A DNA stretch of 64,000 bases from a virus (taxonomy: Duplodnaviria; Caudoviricetes), in IMG/VR virus record IMGVR_UViG_2974778117_000001, positions 64,001 to 128,000 of that record. The stretch is one strand, 5' to 3'. Position numbers and translations under genes: made by a program. This document shows positions 50,662-60,760 of the stretch, one piece after another (within the stretch, counting starts at the first letter, position 1; every line of letters starts with the position of its first letter). The notes beneath the pieces are model-generated. The model was not told the origin of the DNA. It was given only the letters and a program-made list of their open reading frames with translations, and ran no database searches.

Positions 50662-50879
50662 TCACCGTAGAATTCATTGACGCGTTGATCGCGATCCACG
50701 GACGCAAGTCTGTCATGCAAATTCTGGGCGAGGTGATCTACAATGATGACGTTTCATGAGTGGATGGCTCATCACGGTTACTGGGCGGGGCGGTGTGGTG
50801 CCGGAAAGTCTATGTATCAGGACATGTATGGCAAGTACTGCCGTGAGTGGCGTCAGAACAACCCAGCTTGAGGTAGCAG

Positions 50880-52289
50880 ATGAGTGACATTTCCAATGAG
50901 CGCTTGATTCTGGCGGCGCTTGTAAAGAACGAGGAGTATCTGCGAAAGATGCTCCCGTTCTTGAAGCCAGAGTACTTTGAGGATGCGGCGGAAGGTCGTA
51001 TGCTCAAGATGATCTTTGAGCATGCTCAGCGATACAACGAACTGCCTGACAAGTCAACCCTGATCGTCGCAGCGAAGAACGATCAAAGCCTCTCAGAAGG
51101 CCAAGCTGATGCGCTGCATGAAACGATCTTGGACGTATTCAGCATCATCCCATCCAAGAACGTTGAGTATCTGTCGGAGACAACAGAGCAGTTCGTCCAG
51201 AAGACCGAAGTCTATCTGGCGATTCAGAAAGCGATTGCGATCTATCAAGGTGAAGACCTGAAACAGACTGTCGCGGCGATCCCGGACATCTTGGCGAAGG
51301 CGCTGGCAGTCAGCTTTGACATCAAGATCGGCATGGAGTACTTCGATACCGCTGCAGAGCGATTCGACTTCTACTCCAACCCGGAAAGCCGAGTCCCGTT
51401 CCGACTGGAGTCCTTCAACGAGATCACTTGTGGAGGCGTGATCCGAAAGACGATGAATCTTCTGGTCGCGGGCGTGAACGTTGGTAAGACAATGGGTCTT
51501 ATCAGTCTTGCAGCCGATTATGTGCGAGACGGTTACAACGTCCTGTACATCTCAGGCGAAATGCGAGAGGAGATGATCTCCCAGCGACTGGACGCGAATC
51601 TTCTCGGCACCAACGTCAACGATCTGGTCAAGCTCGGCAAGGAGAAGTTCCTGAGCCGAGTCGAAAGCCTCAAGCAGAAGTCCTACGGTCGATTTGTCGT
51701 CAAGGAGTTTGCTCCGGGTACGGCAACGAACCTGTCCATCAAGCACACGATGGACGACCTGAAACTGAAGAAGAACTTCGTACCCGACATCATCATCTGC
51801 GATTACCTGCAGATCATGGCATCGAGCCGTATGGCATATGGTTCGCAGGGTAGCTACTACTACTACAAGGCAGTCGCGGAAGAGTTGCGAGCCCTGGCGG
51901 TAGCGACGAACACGGTTCTCTGGACAGCGGCACAGTTCAACCGAGGAGGCATGAACAGCTCTGAGGTGGGTATGGAGGACATTGCAGAATCGACAGGTAT
52001 TGCCCAGACAGCAGATGGTATGTGGGCGCTGATCAGAACGGAAGAGTTGGATCAGGTCAACAAGCTGATGGTCAAGCAGTTGAAATCACGATACGCTAAC
52101 AAGGCGGTGAAACTGAAGTTCACCATCGGCGTGGACGTTGACAAGCAGACGCTGTATTCAGTCGAGGACGATAACGCCGATCAGTACATGGACGAGTCGA
52201 AGGGATCGAACTACTCTCAGGCGGACATCAAGGAGCAGTTCATGAAACAGAACGGCGGATCGAAAAGAGACATGTCAAAACTGAAATGA
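50880..52289 (+). CDS. Replicative DnaB-like helicase gp41
   Basis: IT.GG, AGVNVGKT, YISGEM.EE, DYL.I, AEELR.LA, TA.Q.NR, QLKSRY. Confidence 0.96.
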   Translation: MSDISNERLILAALVKNEEYLRKMLPFLKPEYFEDAAEGRMLKMIFEHAQRYNELPDKSTLIVAAKNDQSLSEGQADALHETILDVFSIIPSKNVEYLSETTEQFVQKTEVYLAIQKAIAIYQGEDLKQTVAAIPDILAKALAVSFDIKIGMEYFDTAAERFDFYSNPESRVPFRLESFNEITCGGVIRKTMNLLVAGVNVGKTMGLISLAADYVRDGYNVLYISGEMREEMISQRLDANLLGTNVNDLVKLGKEKFLSRVESLKQKSYGRFVVKEFAPGTATNLSIKHTMDDLKLKKNFVPDIIICDYLQIMASSRMAYGSQGSYYYYKAVAEELRALAVATNTVLWTAAQFNRGGMNSSEVGMEDIAESTGIAQTADGMWALIRTEELDQVNKLMVKQLKSRYANKAVKLKFTIGVDVDKQTLYSVEDDNADQYMDESKGSNYSQADIKEQFMKQNGGSKRDMSKLK

Positions 52290-52293
52290 GGCC

Positions 52294-52322
52294 TTGACGG
52301 CTTCACATTCATCAGGTATCAT
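52294..52322 (+). promoter_or_regulatory. Early sigma70-like promoter
   Basis: TTGACG-17 nt-TATCAT. Confidence 0.65.
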
Positions 52323-52348
52323 ATAGTCTCAATCAAGGAGACGTAGCG

Positions 52349-52653
52349 ATGAATGAGAATGTGAAGCCGGCAGAGTTCAAGCGAGTGTTCAACAGCCGTG
52401 AGCAGATCCGCGATAACACCCTGGTGGCTGGTCTGGAAGCGTTCTACAACGTCTGCAATCGAGATCCGCAGAACTGGATCTACACGATGGTGTCGCACAA
52501 TGGTGCGGTCGTGTGTATGCAGGAGTACGCCAAGCTGGTGGTTTTGCGGTCCTCAAGCCATCGGAGATTCAGGAAATCGAAGCCGGCATTGTCCCGGAAT
52601 GGGCTGCCAAGATCATGGCTGAATTCGAGCGCCGCAACAACATCCGCCTCTAA
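52349..52653 (+). CDS. Hypothetical early protein (apparent deletion near 52538)
   Basis: AGGAG RBS; corrected frame ends EFERRNNIRL* just before a terminator. Confidence 0.6.
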
Positions 52654-52656
52654 GAC

Positions 52657-52687
52657 GACGCCCCAGGTCCGCTTGGGGCGTCTCTTT
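52657..52687 (+). terminator. Rho-independent terminator
   Basis: GACGCCCCA-loop-TGGGGCGTC followed by TCTTT. Confidence 0.65.
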
Positions 52688-52728
52688 GTGTAAATATCCT
52701 GAAGAGTTTCTTTCACCAGGAGAATTAC

Positions 52729-53967
52729 ATGGCAGCACCAACCTACTTGCCTGAGGCGATTGCTACCGCGATTGGCTGGGCACATCCGATCACAGGCGAA
52801 CAGCTGGACGTCACCAAGGGTCTTCCTGGCGCGATCAGCTACTACAAGCCGAATGCTCGCGGACAGTCTTTCATCGATCCAGCTGGCAGTGTCACAAGCC
52901 TGATCAACTTCATCAAGAAGGGTCCGCGTAAGGTCATCTTCACGATCCAAGCGAAGAAGGCGATCAAGAAAGTCGTGACCACATTCGGTGACGCGTCCGA
53001 TCCGCTGACATCTGGAGCAACATTCCTTCACGTGTATCCGGATGATCCCGCAACCAAGACCTACTCTCTGTCTTCTGTTGTGACCTACAGCGACGACACT
53101 ACAGAGACTGTCACGCTGGAAGTTCAGATCCTGGCAGGCGAAGTTGCCGCGCCGGCAAATACCGCAGTACCAACTATCACAGGTACAGCACGAGTGGGGC
53201 AGGTTCTGACGGCTGGTGATGGTACCTGGACGGGCAATCCTGCTCCGACCTTCACATACGCTTGGTTCCGTGGGACCACAGCAATCTCTGGAGCCACCAG
53301 CAAGACCTACACTCTGGTTGCAGCTGATGCCGGCTCGACCGTGAAGGTTCGCGTGACTGGAACCAATTCCGAAGGCACAGCCAATGCCGAATCGGCTCCG
53401 ACTGCAAGCGTGACGCAAGCTCCAGCTAACACCGCTGTTCCGACAGTGACTGGTACGGCTCGCGTTGGTCAGACATTGACCGCCGCTCCGGGAACATGGA
53501 CTGGCACACCAACTCCGACTTACACCTACCAGTGGCAGCGTGGCACAACCAACATCAGTGGTGCGACAAGCTCGACTTATGTTCTGGTTGCAGCTGACGC
53601 AGGGCAGACAGTTCGCGTGGTTGTGACCGGCACCAACTCGGCAGGCAACGCTTCGGCGAACAGCGCCAACACGGCTTCGGTGACTCAGACTCCAGCTAAC
53701 ACCGCTCTACCGACCATCACCGGAACGGCTCAAGAAGGACAGGTTCTGACCTCGACCAACGGAACATGGACTGGCACACCAACACCGACCTACACACGTC
53801 AGTGGAAGGCAGGCGGAGTTGATATCGCTGGTGCGACGGCTCAGACCTACACTCCAGTGGCAGGCGACGTTGGCAAGACCATCACCGTTGCAGTCACAGG
53901 CACCAACAGCGCGGGTAATGCAACCGCAACGTCGGCAGCCACAGCAGCGGTTGTCGCGGCGGCATAA
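52729..53967 (+). CDS. Virion decoration protein with three Ig-like repeats (Hoc-like)
   Basis: Late promoter at 52691; 3 x 90-aa PANTA.PT.TGTA..GQ.LT...GTWTG.P.PT.T..W repeats with a 270-bp period (53221, 53491, 53761). Confidence 0.75.
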   Translation: MAAPTYLPEAIATAIGWAHPITGEQLDVTKGLPGAISYYKPNARGQSFIDPAGSVTSLINFIKKGPRKVIFTIQAKKAIKKVVTTFGDASDPLTSGATFLHVYPDDPATKTYSLSSVVTYSDDTTETVTLEVQILAGEVAAPANTAVPTITGTARVGQVLTAGDGTWTGNPAPTFTYAWFRGTTAISGATSKTYTLVAADAGSTVKVRVTGTNSEGTANAESAPTASVTQAPANTAVPTVTGTARVGQTLTAAPGTWTGTPTPTYTYQWQRGTTNISGATSSTYVLVAADAGQTVRVVVTGTNSAGNASANSANTASVTQTPANTALPTITGTAQEGQVLTSTNGTWTGTPTPTYTRQWKAGGVDIAGATAQTYTPVAGDVGKTITVAVTGTNSAGNATATSAATAAVVAAA

Positions 53968-53982
53968 TCTTGAAACACTTTC

Positions 53983-54009
53983 GGGCCCAGGTAGATCCTG
54001 GGCCCTTCT
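53983..54009 (+). terminator. Terminator hairpin overlapping a promoter
   Basis: GGGCCCAGG-loop-CCTGGGCCC followed by TTCT. Confidence 0.6.
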
Positions 54010-54049
54010 GTCTATATCATACCAGGATACCAAATGATGGAGATCTGTT

Positions 54050-54970
54050 ATGGGTGGTAATGTAGTGATCAATGGAATGTCCGCTCGCCGCATTGAAGTC
54101 GAGACTCTTGAGCAGCTGGTGGACCTGAATCATGAAGTCGCAATCTTGATGCATCGGTTGCAAATGGAACCGGGCTCTTACTTCCCGACTGGCAGCTACC
54201 GTGCAATGCTCGAGAATTTCAGCCGAGTCCATCATTCCAAGCCGACGCTGGGTGACGTGGACATTGCAGTACACAAGGATTCCAAGGGACACATCATGTC
54301 GATGCTGCCGAAGCTGGAAGCGATTGATGCAATCGCGGGGTGGAAGGTCTCAGGATCGAACATCATCGTCCTGACCAACACCGGAGAGCAGATCGATCTG
54401 GAACTGACCGATGGTAGCGCATGGTCGCTATGGATCCGACAGTCAGACATTGCCGATCTGGATTGCGGCATCAAGGGATTCGCCAACATCTTCCTCTTCC
54501 GAGCTCTGACCTCGCTGACTGTCAAGGACTTTCCGGGTCTTGGTGAGATGAACGAGTATGCGTTCAGCCTGAATGGACTCCGCCGCAAGGTCGAGATGAA
54601 TGGCGCTGTCGCGGAGGTAATCCCATCATCCAAGGTCAAGCCGAACGACTACATCACCGATCCGGGTACGATCCTCCAGATCCTGTTGGCAGATCGTTGC
54701 TTCCAGCCGGTCTCCAAGATCATCCCGAGCGATGTGTGGGAAGTGTCCAGTTCGTTTGTGAAGCTGTGGGCGTTCGTGTGTAGCTGGATCAAGTCGAAGA
54801 GTGATCTGGATAAGATCAGCAATGCCCTGTATGACCTGCTGTATAGCGACAAAGCACAAAGCCTGTATCGGGATGATCCCGAACGAGATGCACAAGAGAA
54901 GGACGCAATATGGAAAGAGTTCCAGCGCACCCTCATGATGAACAAGGCGTCCGTCGCCTATGAAGATTGA
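54050..54970 (+). CDS. Pol-beta superfamily nucleotidyltransferase
   Basis: MGGNV N-terminus, TGS ... GDVDIAV, third acidic residue in QIDL. Confidence 0.75.
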   Translation: MGGNVVINGMSARRIEVETLEQLVDLNHEVAILMHRLQMEPGSYFPTGSYRAMLENFSRVHHSKPTLGDVDIAVHKDSKGHIMSMLPKLEAIDAIAGWKVSGSNIIVLTNTGEQIDLELTDGSAWSLWIRQSDIADLDCGIKGFANIFLFRALTSLTVKDFPGLGEMNEYAFSLNGLRRKVEMNGAVAEVIPSSKVKPNDYITDPGTILQILLADRCFQPVSKIIPSDVWEVSSSFVKLWAFVCSWIKSKSDLDKISNALYDLLYSDKAQSLYRDDPERDAQEKDAIWKEFQRTLMMNKASVAYED

Positions 54971-55902
54971 GGATCTAGACGCGATCCTCCGAGACAGAAG
55001 TTCCGTACCAAGAGAGTCAGCGCAAAGCGATTGGTTGTCTACACGAGCGGGTCACGGCAAGAGCTGATGGCCCAGCTCGGCAATGAGTTCGGCGGAGTCT
55101 TCTGTCCGAACCCTGATTCATACTCGACAGCCGGGTCAACAGACTATGGTTTCTTCAAACTGTATGCGAAGCCCGACAAAGGCGCGGGCGCGAAGGCGGC
55201 TGGAATCGACAATGAAGATCTCCTTGTCAAGGCCTTGAATAGATACACGACTGATTACAAGAAGGTGACGGTCACGTTTGAGGCGCTCAATATGAAGATC
55301 AATGTCGCCGATGTCAAGTTCGCTCGGCACTCCGGTGCAGACACGAAGGGACGCAAGAAGGCTGACGTTGTGCTCGAGACTTCATCCGGTGAGGTGCCGA
55401 TCTCGGTCAAGAAGGATAAGGCGGAGATGTGGGAGTCGGCTGATTCCTACTGGTCGGCGAACACAGGCATGGTCATCAATCACCTGCTGAAGAAGGGTGA
55501 GATCACCATGGAGCCGAACAAGAACGTCTACAAGATCAAGCCGAGCGTTGCCATCGAGGCAACATCAGAGGAGAAGCGTGACGTTGTGTTTGGATCGGAC
55601 CTTCTCGGCAAAGGGTTCGTAGCTCAGAAGTCATATAGTGAATCAGACTTTTCCTTTAACTTGAAGGCAAAAGAGCTTAAAATCAATTGTACGCACTTGA
55701 TCCAGTCTGAGGAGGACGTTCACGGCGACCACGATGTGTGGTTCCTGATTCGCCCGGACGCGACAAGGAGATCTGTGAAAGAGTGGCCAGGTGTTCGCAC
55801 GCTGGCGGTTTATCAAACCCGACTGACCTCTGGCGTCAGGCGATATGAGAGGAGTGTGTTCAATGGATGCAAGTCCAAGAGTGGGAATCAAAACGTAGCT
55901 GA
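54960..55902 (+). CDS. PD-(D/E)XK nuclease-fold protein (apparent deletions near 54996 and 55893)
   Basis: G..NE helix, KADVVL ... ISVKK; fused to the next gene in the ORF track by an apparent indel. Confidence 0.5.
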
Positions 55903-56668
55903 TCTGGGGCAGACGAGGTATGAAAGCCTGTTTGTCCCTAGGAACGCGGACAACACCAAGTTCCAGTTCCGCTACATGAACGCCAAGATCAAGGTTGATG
56001 GTATCCCTTTGCGGTTTGGATTTGACGCGTCGGCTACCCCGTTCGTGGAAACCAGCCGCAGCGGATTGATCTATCACCCCTCGTCGTTCGTTCTGCATGC
56101 GAAGAATAAGCCGGATTCCAATCCACGCAAGCCGTGGATGGTCGCAACCGCATACAAGTATCAGGATCTGGCTACACGGATTCTCAATCTGCTGCACGCC
56201 GTTCCGTTGCACAAGCGATACCGGAACCTGAAGGTCCACGCCGAGTGCTTGCCGCGATGCTTCCAGGATGCAAATGGTCGGATCGTTACCTTGTCTTACA
56301 CTCTGCCAGAAGGTGCTGAACTGGTCATGTACCCGTATCAGGTGGAAGGCTCCCTTCGCGCTCCGATGGTGGTAGCTGAGGAGATTCTCCTGCGATCAAC
56401 GTCGTTCCCATACGCTGATAGGCAGAGGCATAGGAAGGAGATCTTGATTGAGAATGATGCAATCACGTTGCCACTGATCGAGTCGGAGACTCAGCCTTAC
56501 CCATCTGAACTGGCACACGATATCCTTTCCGGAGTGAATGTGTATACACCTTACGGTCCAATTGAAGGTGTCATCATCCCTACAGAATACGGCGACGCGA
56601 AGGTTCAGAGTCAGATCTATAAGGAAGAGCGCGCTAAGCTGAAGATCAAGCTGGTGGTGGAAGAATGA
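55863..56668 (+). CDS. Ligase-like covalent nucleotidyltransferase (KxDG)
   Basis: Own GAGGAG RBS and ATG at 55863; KVDG (motif I), HAE (III), EGVII (IV), AKV (V). Confidence 0.55.
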
Positions 56669-57164
56669 ACATCCTCTTCCCGGGACGATTCCAACCGATC
56701 CACAAGGGTCATATCCACACCTTCAATGAGCTCAGCAAGAAGGGCAAAGTCCATATCGCTGTGATCCGTGGCGCCGTGACATCCCGGAACCTCAAGCTGA
56801 ATCCCTTCAGCGAGGATCAACAGCTTGATCTGATTCAGGACGCGTTGCCTGATGTGGAACCGATCATCTTTGCGAACGGCTATCTTCCGGACATTCTGGA
56901 ATGGTATAAGAGCCACGGAATCAAGATTGACGCCATCGCCTGTGGGTCGGATCGGATAAATACCTACGCAGCCCAGCTTGCACGCGGTGGCGTAAGTGAC
57001 GTGGTGATCTATCCGGTAAAGCGTCTCGGGTCGCGACAGAAGTTCGCCGTCACCTGGCGGAAGACAATCGGTTGTTGTTCCAAGCGTCTATGCCCGAATC
57101 GCTTCATGGCTGGTACAAAATCTTGAAGAGAACGGTGGACGAATCAGATGGCAACATTGAATGA
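56665..57164 (+). CDS. HxGH cytidylyltransferase/NMNAT-like nucleotidyltransferase (apparent deletion near 57033)
   Basis: PGRFQPIHKGH, NPFS, GSDR, corrected SATEVR. Confidence 0.85.
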
Positions 57165-57336
57165 AGAAGAGGGTGGCGGTGGAGAAGGCGGCTCGACCTC
57201 CAACAGCACCACACAGATCGCAAAGCCTGAAAAGCCCATGAAGGGCGACAAGATGATGCGTCGACAAGACCGCACGAAACTGGAAGAGTGGACTCTAGAA
57301 ATGATGGTCCGTCAGGTCAAAGGAACGCTTTCGTGA
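57148..57336 (+). CDS. Small hypothetical protein, possibly virion-associated
   Basis: MATLNEE N-terminus resembles a gp21-type LxE cleavage site; downstream of TAAATA at 56957. Confidence 0.5.
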   Translation: MATLNEEEGGGGEGGSTSNSTTQIAKPEKPMKGDKMMRRQDRTKLEEWTLEMMVRQVKGTLS

Positions 57337-57734
57337 TCATCCCAAATGAAGGACAGGGCCTGAACAAGAAGCGACATCTGATGCCGCAGATTTCCGACTA
57401 CAATGCCTTCATCGCCGATCTCGAGTCGGAGGGTGTTGACGTGACCACGGTCATGATCAAAGCCTCCCGTCTCACTCCGACCCAGTCCAACTTCAACGAG
57501 GACAAGGTCAACCGGATGATCGAGGATGAAAGCTGGAAGCGCGGAGCCATCGTGTCGTCAAAGGACGATTGCGTTCTGGACGGTCATCACAGATGGCTGG
57601 CGGCTGCACAGGATGATTCCTCAATCCGTACCCGTCGAATCGGGATGAACATTGAGGATCTGCTCGCGTTCGTCAAGGACAAGAGCTATGTTGAATACAA
57701 GAAGATCAATGAGGCTAGACAATGGGCAAACTGA
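57333..57734 (+). CDS. ParB/sulfiredoxin-like domain protein
   Basis: L.PTQ..F...KV ... I.S.D..VLDGHHRWLAA. Confidence 0.75.
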   Translation: MIIPNEGQGLNKKRHLMPQISDYNAFIADLESEGVDVTTVMIKASRLTPTQSNFNEDKVNRMIEDESWKRGAIVSSKDDCVLDGHHRWLAAAQDDSSIRTRRIGMNIEDLLAFVKDKSYVEYKKINEARQWAN

Positions 57735-58482
57735 GAAAGCCGACAGGCATCACCTTTGAGCTGGAACTGACCGAGCTTGGCAAGACCGTCAAGTATCGTC
57801 CGTTCAAGCTGAAGGAACAGAAGAAGCTGCTGCTTGCATCCGGCTTGAAAGACAAAGCCGTGATGACCAATGCCCTGCTTGACATCGTGGAACAATGTAC
57901 GTTCGGTGAACTGAATGTTCGCAAGCTGCCGATGCACATCACGGACTATCTGTTCACCAAGATCTACATCAAGTCGGTCGGTAACATGAGTCAAGCACAG
58001 TTTGAATGTGCGGGCGAAGTCATCGAGAAGGATGATGAAGGACATGATCATAAGGTTCCGTGCGGCGTCAAGCTGAACCTGAACCTTGATCTGGAACGTG
58101 CGACTCTCGTCTATCCGGACACTTACCGCCCGAACGAGACGATTGAGCTGGAAGATGGGATGTTCGTCCGCCTCCGAGTTCCGACGTTTGAAGAACAACA
58201 GAAGATCGACTTCTCCAAGTCACTGACTGACGTCACCGACCAGTTCATCGTGTCGCTGATCGAAGCCATCGTGGATGGAGAAGAAATGCAGATTCCGGGT
58301 CAGGACGTCACCCCAGACGAGGTGGTGGAATGGCTGGACGAACTGTCTGCATCCTCAATCGAGAAGATCACAGGCTTCCTGCAGAATCTCCCCCAGTTGA
58401 CGATGGACGTCAACGTGACCTGCCCCAAATGTGGTAGGAAGGAGGAGTTCAAGCTCACGGGCCTTGAGGATTTTTCGGCTGA
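57722..58482 (+). CDS. Baseplate hub assembly protein gp26 (apparent deletion near 58475)
   Basis: VKYRPF..KE.K.LL, KSVG, CPKCG....LTGLEDFF. Confidence 0.88.
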
Positions 58483-58646
58483 TGCTTCCGGAAGGCAAGT
58501 TGCAAGACTTGCTGAGCCATTTCCACACGATGGTGGAATATGGGTACACGGACAGCTACCTTGACGAGATGCACCCCTTTGAGCTGGAACTACAGTCTAT
58601 CGTCATCATCGGCATCAACAATGACAGAAAGGCTAACGCAACATGA
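58482..58646 (+). CDS. Baseplate hub assembly catalyst gp51-like
   Basis: Y....LDEMHPFE; coupled to the corrected gp26 stop. Confidence 0.6.
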   Translation: MLPEGKLQDLLSHFHTMVEYGYTDSYLDEMHPFELELQSIVIIGINNDRKANAT

Positions 58647-60760
58647 TTCCAATTCTGCTTAGAGCAGCAGCCGTTCTGGGCGAAGGTGCAACAGTCAGAA
58701 CAGCAGCTGGTACATTCGCTTCACGAACAGTAGGGCAGCGTCTCGCCCGAAGCGGTATGAAGACACTCCGGGGTGCAGTGAAAACTGCCCCTGGAAAGCT
58801 GTGGAAGACAGCCGGTGGCGATAGCGTCCCGGCATTCAGAAAGGCACTTGACCTAGGTCAGCGAGGCTATAATGCTGTCCAGAATGCAAGGGCTCAGGTC
58901 GCCGAAGCTGAAAAGAGATCGACGCTTCGCCGCATCAAGAAGGAAGAGAAGCGCAACGCTCCGCAACAGGATGCCGGTGAGAAGAAGCAGCAAGCCGAAG
59001 CTCAACAGGAAGTCCGTGAGCAGGAGAACGCACAGCGCCAGCAAGCCGCTCATGCTGATGGTATGCAGAAGATCGCCGAAGAGGGCAATCAAGTAACTCA
59101 GCAGATGGCAAACGACATTGCTGAGATCAAAGAGATCATCGCCAATCCTCCGAAGCAGGACGAGGAGAGCGGATTCCTCACCAAGCTGATGACCGGTCTG
59201 ATCGGTGTGTTCGGCATTGGCGTGACCATGCTACAGGCGAAGATCACCGGCATGATCGCCGAGTTCGGCGCCAAGCTGGGACTGAAGACCCTAAGCAACA
59301 TGGCTGACAAGGGTGCGGATCTGGCTGCCCGCGCTACTGGCGGAATCAAGAATCTCGCAGGCGCGCTAGCGGATAGCAGCAGCCGAACATCGCAGATGGT
59401 GCAAGGAGGATTGGCGGGAGCCGGACCACTTGGTGCTATCGGTTCGTATCTGTTCGGCAAGAACCGCAGCACTGTCGCTGGTGCAGTCGAGAAGGCTTCT
59501 GGTGTCACACAAGCTGCCGAATCCTACGGACGCACCGCAAGCGGTTTCTATGATCGTGCGGAGAAGTATGCAGACAAGAACTCAATCGCCAGCAAGCTGC
59601 CATGGTTCCCAGGAATCTCATCAGCCAATGCGGCGGTGACCAAGCCTGCAACTCCATCCGTTCCGACGATCAGTGCTCCAATCGCCCCGGTCAAGACCTC
59701 AGCCACTGGTTCGTCAACACTGACCATGGCATCACCGACTGCAGCTGCGATCTTCGAGACCGCCAAGCCGCAGACAGACGCACTTGCAAACTCCCAGTTG
59801 ATTTTGAGCGAGCTGCTGGATGCGATGACAAACTCATCGAAGGGAATCTACACAAAGCCGGCTGACGATGGACTGTTCCAGATGCCGGCAATGGGCTTCT
59901 CTGGCGCGCCTCAGATGCTAGATAAACCGACCGGCGTGTCAACCCTTTCACCAGGTGGACGCGGCGCGATCCCAAATGTCCGGAGAGCAAACATGCCATT
60001 CAATGGCTTCGGTGCCGAGGTAGATTCACACATCGCAGAAGCGGCTCAGATGTATGGGTTGCCGGAAGATGTGCTACGCGGCTTTGTCAAGATGGAAGGT
60101 GGTTGGACAGGAAAGATGTCGCCAACAGGCGCAATCGGAACTGGTCAGTTCACCCAAGGAACCTGGAACTCGCTGGCTGGCACAGCCGAGGGTCAAGCGA
60201 TTGGCATGACCCGAATCGACAGAAGCAACTTCCGTCAAGCGAATGATCCACGACGCAACGACAGAACGAACACCCTGGCAACAGGTCTTCTGGCGAAGCA
60301 GAACGCTGACATCCTCCGTCGCAATGGACTGGACGTGACAGGTGAGAATCTGTACATGCTCCACAACATCGGACCGGGCGTGATCCCAGCACTGAAGGGT
60401 TCAAACTCAGTCTCGGCAAGTACGCTGGACGCGATGCGCAAGAACGGCATGACAGGGGACATGTCACCGACTGACTTCGTGAAGTTCCAGACCGGACGCT
60501 TCCAGTCTCACTACGAGGCGGCGAACAGAGTCCAGGGTGTGAACACGGGTCTCGGTAAGCCGATGGCTGAATCCGCGAACGATGCACGTAAGACGCAGCA
60601 GGTTGTCCCAGTTGTGGTGCAAGCTCCGGCACAAACAGTAAAGGCTCCGGCACATGGTGCACAGAGCCAATCTGGTCCAGGAACTCCGATGGTAACACGG
60701 AACCCGGATAGTCCTGTTCGTAGGTTCAGTCAGGTCATGATCGGAACGTCGATCACTTGA
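58643..60760 (+). CDS. Tape-measure / hub protein (gp29-like) with a lytic transglycosylase domain
   Basis: Ala/Gly-rich helical N-region; I.EAA..YG.P.......KME, GA.G.GQF..GTW, Y..HN.G.G; follows gp26/gp51. Confidence 0.7.
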   Translation: MIPILLRAAAVLGEGATVRTAAGTFASRTVGQRLARSGMKTLRGAVKTAPGKLWKTAGGDSVPAFRKALDLGQRGYNAVQNARAQVAEAEKRSTLRRIKKEEKRNAPQQDAGEKKQQAEAQQEVREQENAQRQQAAHADGMQKIAEEGNQVTQQMANDIAEIKEIIANPPKQDEESGFLTKLMTGLIGVFGIGVTMLQAKITGMIAEFGAKLGLKTLSNMADKGADLAARATGGIKNLAGALADSSSRTSQMVQGGLAGAGPLGAIGSYLFGKNRSTVAGAVEKASGVTQAAESYGRTASGFYDRAEKYADKNSIASKLPWFPGISSANAAVTKPATPSVPTISAPIAPVKTSATGSSTLTMASPTAAAIFETAKPQTDALANSQLILSELLDAMTNSSKGIYTKPADDGLFQMPAMGFSGAPQMLDKPTGVSTLSPGGRGAIPNVRRANMPFNGFGAEVDSHIAEAAQMYGLPEDVLRGFVKMEGGWTGKMSPTGAIGTGQFTQGTWNSLAGTAEGQAIGMTRIDRSNFRQANDPRRNDRTNTLATGLLAKQNADILRRNGLDVTGENLYMLHNIGPGVIPALKGSNSVSASTLDAMRKNGMTGDMSPTDFVKFQTGRFQSHYEAANRVQGVNTGLGKPMAESANDARKTQQVVPVVVQAPAQTVKAPAHGAQSQSGPGTPMVTRNPDSPVRRFSQVMIGTSIT

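Noticed and set aside
53150-53960. Repeats as a CRISPR array or DGR template/variable pair
   Set aside because: These are in-frame 270-bp Ig-domain duplications with no spacers, and there is no reverse transcriptase in the window.
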